64,000 bases of DNA from assembly GCA_029210695.1 (NCBI GenBank), contig JARGFH010000004.1, positions 1-64,000 of the forward strand. The letters run 5' to 3'. The position numbers and the translations under genes are program-made. The notes under the pieces were generated by a model. That model was not told the DNA's origin, made no database searches, and saw only the letters and a list, made by a program, of their open reading frames with translations. This document shows positions 53,904-63,161 of this stretch, one piece after another. This DNA comes from Acidimicrobiia bacterium (lineage in GTDB: Bacteria; Actinomycetota; Acidimicrobiia; Spongiisociales; JAHEDJ01). Each line of letters starts with the position of its first letter. Within the stretch, counting starts at the first letter, position 1.

Positions 53904-54731
53904 CTACAACTCGAGTTGCATGCCTTCATAGGCGGCGGTGGTGTCTGCGAATTCCCCTCGTGCCCGCTCGACGAGAGCATCGATCTCGTCGTCGTTTCTG
54001 GCCGGATCGTGACTGACGAGAATGAGTCGCTTGACCCCGGCGTCTTGGGCCGCCTGGACCGCCTGCGCCCAGGTGCTGTGGCCCCAGCCGACGTAGTGGT
54101 CCTCGTACTCGGCCGGGCTGTACTGGGCGTCGTGGATGAGCGTATCGGCGCCGGTCGCCAGTCGCCGGAGAGTCTCGTCCGCCTCTTGGTCTCCGCGTTC
54201 ACAATCGGTCGCCACCACCACCGAGTGCTTGGGACCGTCGATGCGGTAGGCCGTGACACCCTGCGGATGGTGCAGAGGGGCAGCGGTGATCTTGAGGTCG
54301 CCGACCTCGAGGACCGTGTCTGAGATCGTCACATAGGTCTTGTGAGCGGCGGTGTCCTGGATTGAGACGGGGAACCATGGCGGTCGTAGAGCTCCCTCGA
54401 TGGCGTCCTTGCTGCTCATCGTGTCCCATTGGTGCCCGTAGAAGGTGAAGGTGTTGGACTCGTCGTAGAGCGGGCGGAAGAACAGCAGTCCCTGGATGTG
54501 GTCCCAGTGATAGTGCGTGAGGAAGACGTGATACTCGGTTGCGCCACCAGTTGCACCGTTCCGGTGGAGGCGGGTGATTCCGGTTCCACCATCGATCAAC
54601 ACAACCGAGCGATCGGCCGACGTGACCTCGATACAGAGTGTGTGCCCACCGTGCCGGTTCGTGTTGCCACCAGAAACGGGCATTGAGCCGCGCACACCTC
54701 TGAAGGTGAGGATTGGTCGGGGATCGGTCAC
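53904..54731 (-). CDS. MBL-fold metallo-hydrolase (RNase Z/phosphodiesterase-like)
   Basis: GVRGS.P, GG.T.C, THYHWDHIQG, HP, DAQY, WGHS. Confidence 0.88.
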   Translation of the reverse strand: MTDPRPILTFRGVRGSMPVSGGNTNRHGGHTLCIEVTSADRSVVLIDGGTGITRLHRNGATGGATEYHVFLTHYHWDHIQGLLFFRPLYDESNTFTFYGHQWDTMSSKDAIEGALRPPWFPVSIQDTAAHKTYVTISDTVLEVGDLKITAAPLHHPQGVTAYRIDGPKHSVVVATDCERGDQEADETLRRLATGADTLIHDAQYSPAEYEDHYVGWGHSTWAQAVQAAQDAGVKRLILVSHDPARNDDEIDALVERARGEFADTTAAYEGMQLEL

Positions 54732-54814
54732 AGATGCCGCCCTTGCCGGGGAGGGACCGTTGGAGATGTTTCTCGATGGCTCAAGCGCGTCTTCCTTGGC
54801 GATAGAGGATCCAT

Positions 54815-56647
54815 TCAGTGACTCAGAATCGACTCTGTCAAACGTTCGCTTGCCTCATTCTGTTCCAGGACCTGCAACGCGTGCCGGTAGCCGACCTCTA
54901 TGAGTTGCTCATAGGACGCGAACGCCATTAGCGAAAAGTCGGATACGGGAGGGCGGAATACCAGATCAGCCCTCTGCTCAAAAACCTTCGATGAGATGAC
55001 ACTGCCGATCTCCGACGTGCGGAGAAGCGTCTGTACCATTCCCGGAACAGCCGACTTCTTTCGCCATGGTGCGAAGTGGTGACGCAAGGCTCTCCACCCG
55101 GAGAGTGCCCCATCCCGCGGCAGGTCGTGAGCCGCGATGTCGGCCGGGCTTCGCAGATTGACTGCCAGTATCGGGCCCGGTTCGCCGAGGGTTTCCGCGA
55201 CATCGACGGGGAGGTTGTTCATCACCGCCCCGTCGACCAGTACGTCACCGTCTTGTGAGCGCATCGGCGGAAATACTCCAGGGATAGAGATACTGGCGCG
55301 CAGCGCCTCCCACAGAGCTCCGGTTTGGTGGACCTGGACTTCCCCGCGGGTCAAGTTGCTGGAAACGCAGAAGAAACGGATCCATAGATCTTCGATGTTG
55401 ACTTCACCGAATGTGCCTCTCAGTTGATGCCTCACTTTGGCGCCCCTGGCAAGGGCAACGAGGGGCGGAGTGAGGTCGACGGGGGATCCCAGATCGACGA
55501 GATGCTTGACCATCTGTTCCCTGGTCTCTTCCCAGCCGCGGCCCATCGCCTTGTGGGCGGCTGTAATCGAACCGAAGCTGGCACCTCCGACGAAGTCGAT
55601 GGGTACGCCGCTCTCTTCCAACGCTCGCAGAACACCTATCTGTGCAAGGCCGCGCGCTCCGCCGCCGCTGAGAACGAGATTGACGGCCGTACCCGTCAGA
55701 ATCCGGGCAAGCCTCTGGAATCCCGCATCCGTTCCAGGGCGAAGGTTGTAGTGCCGGATCCCGGGCCGATGCTCTATCCATGATGAGACTGGCGCCGGAA
55801 TCGGGCCGTCGGCACCATGCACCATCACCAGGTCGACGCGTGTGTGTGCCCGGGTCGCCATCTCGTGGAGGAGGCCCTCTTCCACGGAGTTCGGCCAAGG
55901 ATCTCCGGAGGGCTCCCCGATGAGCAACACTCGATCGGCTTGTCCGATGCATCGCCGGGTCCACTCAGGCGACGCGTGGTCTGTAATCAAGAGTACCTTG
56001 TCGTGTGCGGCTCCAAGCTCTTCAACCATTCGGCCAAGATCCATGGATTGCTGTCCATTCGCGACCAGCTCGAATCGATTGGAGTCCACCACCGCTACCG
56101 TTCCGTGTTTGGACAGAGCGTCCTCCAGCAGGCCGGCCGCTTGCATGATGTCCCGGGTCTGGCCGGCTGCGACTAGCGCGACTATTCGTACCTCCCCTGA
56201 TCGGCCGCCTGAGTGAATCGACCGGCCGAGTCTTGCAACAATCATCCGTGCGATCGCCGCGAGGGCGGCCGGTTCGCGAGAGACGAGATCGTGGAAAACC
56301 TCTCTGGAAAGTTCGATCAGGTTGGAGTCTCTGACCGCCCGGACCGTGGCCGACCTCGGGTGATCTGACAGAAGCGCCATTTCGCCGACGGTTTCGCCCG
56401 CCGATATTTCACCGACGACGGTCGACGACCCGTCGCCGGCGAGAACGTCGGCGCGGAGCCGGCCGTTCACAACTACAAACATAGAGTCTCCGGCTTCCCC
56501 CTCTCGCATGAGAATCTCACCGCCCACCAGGCGGCGGTCGGACGAGCAGTCGACCAACTCCTTGAGCGTTGCCTCTGAGAGCGCGCTGAACAACGGGATT
56601 GTTGAAATCAACTTCAGATTCGCTTCGCGACTCCGGCGTTGGCCCAT
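54815..56647 (-). CDS. cNMP-binding patatin-like phospholipase
   Basis: GEMALL..HPRSATVRA; GGGARG, GASFG, S.S.PG..PP, DGA. Confidence 0.9.
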   Translation of the reverse strand: MGQRRSREANLKLISTIPLFSALSEATLKELVDCSSDRRLVGGEILMREGEAGDSMFVVVNGRLRADVLAGDGSSTVVGEISAGETVGEMALLSDHPRSATVRAVRDSNLIELSREVFHDLVSREPAALAAIARMIVARLGRSIHSGGRSGEVRIVALVAAGQTRDIMQAAGLLEDALSKHGTVAVVDSNRFELVANGQQSMDLGRMVEELGAAHDKVLLITDHASPEWTRRCIGQADRVLLIGEPSGDPWPNSVEEGLLHEMATRAHTRVDLVMVHGADGPIPAPVSSWIEHRPGIRHYNLRPGTDAGFQRLARILTGTAVNLVLSGGGARGLAQIGVLRALEESGVPIDFVGGASFGSITAAHKAMGRGWEETREQMVKHLVDLGSPVDLTPPLVALARGAKVRHQLRGTFGEVNIEDLWIRFFCVSSNLTRGEVQVHQTGALWEALRASISIPGVFPPMRSQDGDVLVDGAVMNNLPVDVAETLGEPGPILAVNLRSPADIAAHDLPRDGALSGWRALRHHFAPWRKKSAVPGMVQTLLRTSEIGSVISSKVFEQRADLVFRPPVSDFSLMAFASYEQLIEVGYRHALQVLEQNEASERLTESILSH

Positions 56648-56788
56648 CGGATACTCCCCTCGGGGGGGCACGCTACCGGGTTTCCACCGGTTCTGTGTAC
56701 AGACAGGCAGAGACCCTGCTGAACGGCATGTCCTGGGCATTCTGCGTAATCAACATGTAGGCTGCTGGCCGCTGAGGAGGGAGACTCG

Positions 56789-57967
56789 ATGAGTATGACG
56801 AAGCTTCGTCCGCCGCGCCTTCGTACCGTGGAGGGCGAAGCAGAGGAACGCAAGGTCACCTGGACCGAGCTGTTCTACGATCTCGTGTTCGTTGTTGCCG
56901 TGGCGGGACTCGGCCACCGGCTTCTGGAAGACTCGACGTGGTCGGGGTTCTTGTCGTTCACCGGTCTGTTCATTCCGTTGTGGTGGGCGTGGGCGGGTTT
57001 CACGTTTTATGCCGATCGGTACGACACCGATGATCTCGGCCAGCGACTGCTGGCGGTTGCGCAGATGGTGGCCGTGGCGCTGATGGCGGCGAGTATCTCG
57101 GGTGGAGAGACGGAGTCGTTGACCGCCTACGCACTTGCCTTCGTAACCGCCCGGGTGATTCTCATCATCATGTATCTTCGGGCCCGCCGCCACGTTCCGG
57201 AGACCCGGGAACTGGTGTCTGGTTACACGAGGGGGATGGCTCTGGCCGCGCTGCTCTGGCTGGTGTCGGTCGTTGTGCCGGAACCGGCCAGATTCGTGCT
57301 GTGGACCGTCGGGTTGCTGGTGGACTTCGCCACTCCGTACCGCATGCGCCGGGTTCAGGCGACCGTCCCGCTGGATGTCGCCCACCTGCCCGAACGGTTC
57401 GGTCTGTTCACGATTCTTGTGCTCGGCGAATCCGTTGCCGCGGTCGTGGCCGGCCTTGATCACGAGGGATGGACGACGGGTGCAACGGCGCTGTCGGTTC
57501 TGGCCGTGCTGATCACCTCAGCCCTGTGGTGGGTCTACTTCGACAACCTCGACGGAACCGTTGTCCGCCGGCGGACCGACCAGAAGAAGGCATGGAAGCC
57601 GACGGTGTGGATCTACAGCCACCTCTTGCTGGTGATCGCTCTGATGATGACGGCCATCGGTCTCGAGCATGCCATCACCGCGGTGGACCATGACTCGCTG
57701 CAGACCGGCGAGCGCTGGCTGCTCGTCGGCGGCCTGGCCGCCGCCTTCGCCGTCCTCGGGTTGATTCAGTTGGCCACCGACAGCAACGGTGGCGGCATTC
57801 GGCAGTCCTGGATCACCCGACTGCGGTTCGCCGGGGCGCCGCTGGTCGTGCTGGTCGGAGTGGCGTTCGCAGGGTCGGGGGTCATGACCCTCGTCATCGC
57901 GCTGGCACTGGTCTGTGCGATCCAGGTGGCGGGCGACGTCTTGATCACCGATCAGGTCCCGGTGTGA
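56789..57967 (+). CDS. ltrA: Low temperature requirement protein A family membrane protein
   Basis: VTW.ELFYDLVFV, WWAW, HLPERFGLFTI.VLGE, LWW.YF. Confidence 0.88.
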   Translation: MSMTKLRPPRLRTVEGEAEERKVTWTELFYDLVFVVAVAGLGHRLLEDSTWSGFLSFTGLFIPLWWAWAGFTFYADRYDTDDLGQRLLAVAQMVAVALMAASISGGETESLTAYALAFVTARVILIIMYLRARRHVPETRELVSGYTRGMALAALLWLVSVVVPEPARFVLWTVGLLVDFATPYRMRRVQATVPLDVAHLPERFGLFTILVLGESVAAVVAGLDHEGWTTGATALSVLAVLITSALWWVYFDNLDGTVVRRRTDQKKAWKPTVWIYSHLLLVIALMMTAIGLEHAITAVDHDSLQTGERWLLVGGLAAAFAVLGLIQLATDSNGGGIRQSWITRLRFAGAPLVVLVGVAFAGSGVMTLVIALALVCAIQVAGDVLITDQVPV

Positions 57968-57971
57968 ATAT

Positions 57972-58028
57972 CCCCGTTCTTGCGTGAGTTCCGGGCGCTC
58001 AGCGCATCAAACTCACGCAAGAACGGGG
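57972..58028. repeat. REP-like palindrome / bidirectional terminator, divergent third copy
   Basis: Perfect 19-bp arms CCCCGTTCTTGCGTGAGTT / AACTCACGCAAGAACGGGG; shares GTTCT..CGT...ACG..AGAAC frame and length with copies 1-2. Confidence 0.75.
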
Positions 58029-58034
58029 TTTCGT

Positions 58035-58382
58035 CTAGGCGGCCCGGAAGATGAATCCCCAGTACCGGTTGTAGGGCTCCTCGCGGACGACTCCGACATC
58101 GCCGAGGAGGTCCATTCCGATCGTCGGGTCGTCCACCTCGAGTTGGCCGGTTACCCGGACGCCGTTTTCGAGTTCGACGATGGCGATCCCGAGTGTCGCC
58201 ACTTCATATGCGGCCGGAAGGTTGTAGACCTTGGTGAACGTGAGCAGCTTGCCCCGCTTCGGTAGCGGCACCGTCTTGAACTTGAACGGTTCGAGCTCGC
58301 CGCAGTTCCGACAGCGCATCTTGAACGGATAGTGGAGCGTTCCGCACTCGGTGCACTCGTAGGCGTAGATCTCGCGGGCCAT
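58035..58382 (-). CDS. DUF35-type Zn-ribbon/OB-fold protein
   Basis: CTEC...CRNC, G.L.TFT, IVELENG.R..G. Confidence 0.9.
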   Translation of the reverse strand: MAREIYAYECTECGTLHYPFKMRCRNCGELEPFKFKTVPLPKRGKLLTFTKVYNLPAAYEVATLGIAIVELENGVRVTGQLEVDDPTIGMDLLGDVGVVREEPYNRYWGFIFRAA

Positions 58383-58383
58383 G

Positions 58384-59559
58384 TCAGTTCTCCCTCACGA
58401 AGGTCAGGCAGATGACGTTGTTGCCGAACCCACCAAAGTTGCAGGTGAATCCGACCCGGGCATCGGCAACCTGCCGCGCTCCGGCTTCCCCCCGCAGTTG
58501 GTGCACGATTTCGTGGGCCTGGCCGACGCCGGTGGCGCCGACCGGGTGCCCCTTCCCCTTCAAACCGCCGGACGGGTTGATGGGAAGCCGGCCGTCGAGG
58601 GCCGTCTCGCCTTTCTCGAGCGCGATGTGCCCCTCGCCCTTGGCGAAGAAACCGACTTCTTCACTCTCGGCGATCTCGAGGATCGTGAAGGCGTCGTGAA
58701 GTTCGGCTACGTCGACGTCTGATGGGGTGAGGCCGGCCATTCCGAAAGACAACTCTGCGGCTCGCCGAACGGCCAGCAGGTCGGTCGGGTTCTCTCGTTC
58801 GTGGACGGCATGCGTGTCCGTGGCTTGACCGACTCCGGCGATGCGAACGAGCGGCCGGTCGATGCTCTTGGCGACCTTTTCGGACACGAGGATCACCGCC
58901 GCGCCACCGTCCGATACGGGACAGGCGTCGAAGAAACGCAGGGGCTCGGCCACGTACGGATTGTTCGTCATGGCCTCGGGCGAGTCCAGGATGCCTTCGA
59001 TCGTGATCGGCTGGTGCAGATGAGCGAACTCGTTGAGCATCGCATTGTTCTGATTCTTGACCGCCACCATCGCCAGATGTCGCTCGGTTACGCCGTACTT
59101 CTCCATGTAGAGGCGGGTGAACATCGCGGCATGCGACGGCAGCGTGACGCCGTAGATGTACTCGGCAAGTGGATGGGTCAGGGTGGCGATGAAGTCGGTT
59201 GCTTCCAGGTTGTTGACCTCGCGCATCCGTTCGGCGCCCGTCACCAGCACGATGTCGTGCATACCGGAGGCCACCGCCAGGAAGCCTTCCTTGATGGCGG
59301 CCGAACCCGACGCCGGGCCGTTCTCGATGGAGGCTGCACCGGCCGGAGTCAGGCTCAGGCTGTCGACCACCGCCGAGGCAAGGGCCGTTTGATGGTTGAC
59401 GCGGGCGGCGCCCATGTTGGCGACGTAGACCTGCTCGATGTCGGTCAACCCCGAGTCCTTCATGGCGAGCATCGCCGGGAAGGCAGCAATCTCGGCCAGA
59501 GGGTATTCGAGGCGGGTGAACGACGTAATGCCGATCCCGGCAACGTATACGTCACGCAT
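58384..59559 (-). CDS. Thiolase-fold protein (SCP-x/archaeal type) lacking the canonical nucleophilic Cys
   Basis: VAVKN, P.SDG.AA, ELHDAF, NPSGGL..KGHPVGATG; ENGPASG where ENACASG is usual. Confidence 0.88.
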   Translation of the reverse strand: MRDVYVAGIGITSFTRLEYPLAEIAAFPAMLAMKDSGLTDIEQVYVANMGAARVNHQTALASAVVDSLSLTPAGAASIENGPASGSAAIKEGFLAVASGMHDIVLVTGAERMREVNNLEATDFIATLTHPLAEYIYGVTLPSHAAMFTRLYMEKYGVTERHLAMVAVKNQNNAMLNEFAHLHQPITIEGILDSPEAMTNNPYVAEPLRFFDACPVSDGGAAVILVSEKVAKSIDRPLVRIAGVGQATDTHAVHERENPTDLLAVRRAAELSFGMAGLTPSDVDVAELHDAFTILEIAESEEVGFFAKGEGHIALEKGETALDGRLPINPSGGLKGKGHPVGATGVGQAHEIVHQLRGEAGARQVADARVGFTCNFGGFGNNVICLTFVREN

Positions 59560-60304
59560 GCTCGACCTCCTGGCGCCAGCGTTGCGCCATCAGTGCCGTA
59601 CCCGTGGAGTCGTACATCGATCGGGTGGCGGCGAGCAGATCGGCCGGCGGGGTGGGAGGGTCGGAGGGCGGCAGGATGCCCGCCTTGGCTTTGGCGAGGA
59701 GTTCGTCTGGCACGGGCCTCCGCCCGACGACCAGGGTGTCACGAGCTCTATCAAACAGTTCCCTGGTCAGCGACCACGATGGAACACCGCCCAACTCGTG
59801 AGGAGTGTCGAACCGCTTCTCGAGTTGGTATTCGATCATCCAGCGACGGAACCCGATCGGGGACTCAGCAACGATGAGGACCTCGTCGTGACCGAGAACA
59901 TCCATGTGGTATTCCATTTTGGTGGCGAAGGCATGGGCCCCGATTCGAAGGCCCCGGCGCAGAGCAACCGTGTGGAGCGACATGCCGAGCTTCGGTGTGA
60001 CCTGGCGCCCGTTGACAACGGCGGCGATCTCCCCGTCGACCTGGGCGACGAGCACGTATTGGTCCTGATAGCGGTGGCGGGAATAGGCGAGGATCTCTGA
60101 GTAGAGCCGGGCCGCCACCACGTCGTAGAAGTCGCGTTCAACGTTGACCAGGGGTGCAACGTATTGCAGGATGTCCGGGATCTCGTCGCGGTCCACCTGG
60201 CGGATCACCATCTGTTCCCCGCTCGCCAGCGTCATGTATTTCGCCGGGAACGGGGGCATAGGGTGATCCTCCGGACGGAGGATCTTCTCGAGGTCGACGG
60301 CCAT
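59552..60304 (-). CDS. Putative GNAT-fold protein
   Basis: LASGEQMVIRQV, VLVAQVDGEI, RRGLRIG resembling the acetyl-CoA-binding motif; coupled to both neighbours. Confidence 0.6.
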   Translation of the reverse strand: MAVDLEKILRPEDHPMPPFPAKYMTLASGEQMVIRQVDRDEIPDILQYVAPLVNVERDFYDVVAARLYSEILAYSRHRYQDQYVLVAQVDGEIAAVVNGRQVTPKLGMSLHTVALRRGLRIGAHAFATKMEYHMDVLGHDEVLIVAESPIGFRRWMIEYQLEKRFDTPHELGGVPSWSLTRELFDRARDTLVVGRRPVPDELLAKAKAGILPPSDPPTPPADLLAATRSMYDSTGTALMAQRWRQEVEHA

Positions 60305-62685
60305 CAGGCTTCTCCTTCCCAAAGGGACAGCGCCACCTTCTCGGCGGTGACGGGCATTGACGTGATCCGTATCCCCAGTGCATCTTCGACCGCGTTGGCG
60401 ATCATCGGCGCAGCAGGAATCATGGTGTGCTCCCCGACGCCGCGCGCCCCGAACGGTCCGTCCGGTTGGGGAACCTCGACGATGATCGGAATGATCTCAT
60501 CCGGGATGTCGAGGGACGTAGGGATCTTGTAGTCGGTGAACGTCGGGTTCAGTAGACGACCGTCTTCGCCCCAGCGCATATCCTCGTACAAGACGGTTGC
60601 CAGGCCCTGGACGAGACCGCCGACAATCTGACCGATGACGAGATCGGGGTTGATCGCCTTGCCGGCGTCCACGGCGAGGGCCGTCTTCCGGATGTGCATC
60701 TTGCCGGTCTGGCGGTCGATCTCGAGTACTACCCCGGCGGCACCGACGGTGTAGTGAACGTTCGGGTGTCCGCCCTGGCTGGTTTCCGGGTCGCTCTTGG
60801 CCGAGGTGAACTCCGGCATGAACATGCCCGAACCGACGATCGGGCCGCCCCGGTAGGAACCGTCGTCGGTCTCGAGCCCGGCGATCACGAAGTCACGCAG
60901 CGGCAACTCGAAGTCCGGATCGGTCGCACAACGTACGGCCTCGTTGCGGAGGAACAGGGAGTCCTCTTCGTAGCCGTGGACGCGGTGGACCACCTCGAAG
61001 ATCTTCTCGCGTGCTTCGACGGCGGCGGCTTCGACTGCTTGCCCGCAGCCCCACGTGACATGGGAGGCGACCGTTTGCCATTCGTACGGGTTGCGGTCGG
61101 TGTCCGGCGTCTCGATCCTGATCTTCTCGGGAGGGACGGACAACACCTCTGCGACGATCTGCGCCATGACGGTGAGGTAGCCCTGACCGAGTTCCATTCC
61201 CGACACGGTCACATTGATGGAGCCGTCCTCGTTGAACTTCAGGAACGATGACGAGGAGGCGTTGGGTGGCATGGCCGGCGCCTTCCACATCAGTGCGAAC
61301 CCCTTGCCGACGACTTTGTGGGGGTCGTCGGAGGTCTCCTTCGTGCCCCAGTCGATGGCCGCAGCCACCTTGTCGATGCATTCGAGCAGGCCCGACGGAT
61401 TCATCTTCTCGCCGTAGGCAAGGGTGTCCCCTTCGACGATGGCGTTCTTGCGCCGGAAGGCGACCGGGTCCATGCCCAGCCGGCGGGCGATGCGATCCAT
61501 GTGCGATTCGAGACCGAAGTTGAACTCGGAATAGCCGAAGCCTCGATAGGGCCCGCCCGGCGGGAGGTTCGTATAGACGCACAGCGCGTCGATCTTGATG
61601 TTCGGCACCCGGTAGGGCCCGCTCGCCGAGAGTCCGGCGGCGTTGACGACGTTGGCGCCGTACTCCACGTAGGCACCGGCGTCCCAGTGCATGGTGTGTT
61701 CGACGGCCAGGATCGTGCCGTCGTTCTTCACCCCGACCTTGATCCGGGCTTTGAGGCCCTGGCGCTGGTAGGTGTTGTAGAACTCCTGCTCACGGGTGAA
61801 CCGCAGTTTGACCGGATGCCCCTGGACGGCCGTGGCCAGCGCTGCCCCCATGATCTCCATAGAAACCCCGGCTTTTCCGCCGAAGCCCCCACCGACGTAC
61901 GGTGTGATGACTCTGATCTGCTGGTGGGTCAATCCCAGCGGTGCGAGCGCCTCGGCGATAACGTGCCGCTGTGTGTACGGCGATTGCGAAGCCGACCACA
62001 TCGTCAGACGCCCGGCCCGGTCGTACAGCGAAACCACCACATGCGGTTCGATCGCGCAGTGCGCGTAGCGGGGCACCTCGTAGGTGTCTTCGAGGACCAG
62101 GTCGGCCTCGGCGAAACCTTCCTCGACGTCGCCTTTGCGCGTCTTCCGCCAGTGGGCGATGTTCGTGCCTTCGTGCGGGAAGAACCATGGGACATGCGGG
62201 TAGTCCGCCAGGTCGGGGTGGAGAAGTGGAGCTTCCTCGGTGGCGGCAAACACCGGATCGAAGACCGGAGGCAGAACCTCGTATTCGACCTCGACGAGTT
62301 TGGCTGCTCGCTTGGCGATCCCCTCGTCACGGGCCACGACGGCCGCCACCTGTTCGCCTACAAAGCGGACGCGGTCCTGGGCGAACACGAAGCGGTCCTT
62401 CATGTAGAGGCCGAACCCGAACGGGAAGTCGGCGCCGGTGACGACCTTCACGACACCCGGAACGGCTTCTGCCCTGGCAGTATCGATCCGCTTGATCAGG
62501 GCGTGCGCATGCGGTGCTTCCACGATTTCAGCAAACAGCAGGTCGGGGCCGAAGTCGAAGTCGTCGACGTATCGGGCGGCTCCACTCACCTTTTCGAGAC
62601 CGTCGATGCGGGTAGGGGATTTGCCGACGAAGGTGAGTTCCCGTTCATCGGTATCGGTTTCGAACGGCCGGCGGGTGATCGTCAT
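60304..62685 (-). CDS. Xanthine dehydrogenase-family molybdopterin-binding large subunit
   Basis: RIDG.EKV.G, H..IEP, VGGGFGGK, YRGFG, ELGQG, GQIVGG..QG, GARGVGE. Confidence 0.93.
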   Translation of the reverse strand: MTITRRPFETDTDERELTFVGKSPTRIDGLEKVSGAARYVDDFDFGPDLLFAEIVEAPHAHALIKRIDTARAEAVPGVVKVVTGADFPFGFGLYMKDRFVFAQDRVRFVGEQVAAVVARDEGIAKRAAKLVEVEYEVLPPVFDPVFAATEEAPLLHPDLADYPHVPWFFPHEGTNIAHWRKTRKGDVEEGFAEADLVLEDTYEVPRYAHCAIEPHVVVSLYDRAGRLTMWSASQSPYTQRHVIAEALAPLGLTHQQIRVITPYVGGGFGGKAGVSMEIMGAALATAVQGHPVKLRFTREQEFYNTYQRQGLKARIKVGVKNDGTILAVEHTMHWDAGAYVEYGANVVNAAGLSASGPYRVPNIKIDALCVYTNLPPGGPYRGFGYSEFNFGLESHMDRIARRLGMDPVAFRRKNAIVEGDTLAYGEKMNPSGLLECIDKVAAAIDWGTKETSDDPHKVVGKGFALMWKAPAMPPNASSSSFLKFNEDGSINVTVSGMELGQGYLTVMAQIVAEVLSVPPEKIRIETPDTDRNPYEWQTVASHVTWGCGQAVEAAAVEAREKIFEVVHRVHGYEEDSLFLRNEAVRCATDPDFELPLRDFVIAGLETDDGSYRGGPIVGSGMFMPEFTSAKSDPETSQGGHPNVHYTVGAAGVVLEIDRQTGKMHIRKTALAVDAGKAINPDLVIGQIVGGLVQGLATVLYEDMRWGEDGRLLNPTFTDYKIPTSLDIPDEIIPIIVEVPQPDGPFGARGVGEHTMIPAAPMIANAVEDALGIRITSMPVTAEKVALSLWEGEA

Positions 62686-63152
62686 GATCGGGCCTCCTCG
62701 GCGGCTGCCATTACCGCGTCGAGGATCGGCTCGTACCCGGTGCACCTGCACAGGTTGCCGGCCAGAGCGTGCTGGACGTCGTGGCGCGACGGATTCGGGT
62801 TGTCGCGCAGGAGTTCGTGTGCACCGAGCACGATGCCTGGTGCACAGAATCCGCACTGGAAGGAGTTGTGGCTGATGAACAGATCCTGAAGGTTGCTCAG
62901 GACGCCGTTCTCCGGAATGCCCTCCACTGTGATGATCTCGTGGCCGTCGGCCTCAACCGCGAGCATGAGGCAGGAACGGATGCTGCGGCCGTCGAACAGC
63001 ACGGTGCAAGTTCCGCAGTCTCCACGTTCGCAGCCGATCTTGGCGCCTTTTGCGCCGACCCTGTTGCGGATTACGTCGAGTAGAACTTCGTTCGGTTCGA
63101 CGTCCAGGGGCCATGTTTCACCGTTGACGATCATCGTGATCGGTAGCTTCAT
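62682..63152 (-). CDS. Mo-hydroxylase 2x[2Fe-2S] small subunit
   Basis: GCERGDCGTCTV, QCGFC.PG, NLCRCTGY. Confidence 0.95.
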   Translation of the reverse strand: MKLPITMIVNGETWPLDVEPNEVLLDVIRNRVGAKGAKIGCERGDCGTCTVLFDGRSIRSCLMLAVEADGHEIITVEGIPENGVLSNLQDLFISHNSFQCGFCAPGIVLGAHELLRDNPNPSRHDVQHALAGNLCRCTGYEPILDAVMAAAEEARS

Positions 63153-63161
63153 GTCATCCCC

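Noticed and set aside
50804..56647. CBASS/Pycsar-like anti-phage system (patatin, cNMP domain, MBL)
   Set aside because: No cyclase or CD-NTase in the window; architectures fit housekeeping signalling proteins
60304..62685. Aerobic CO dehydrogenase CoxL
   Set aside because: Active-site loop is GPYRGFG, not AYxCSFR or AYxGAGR
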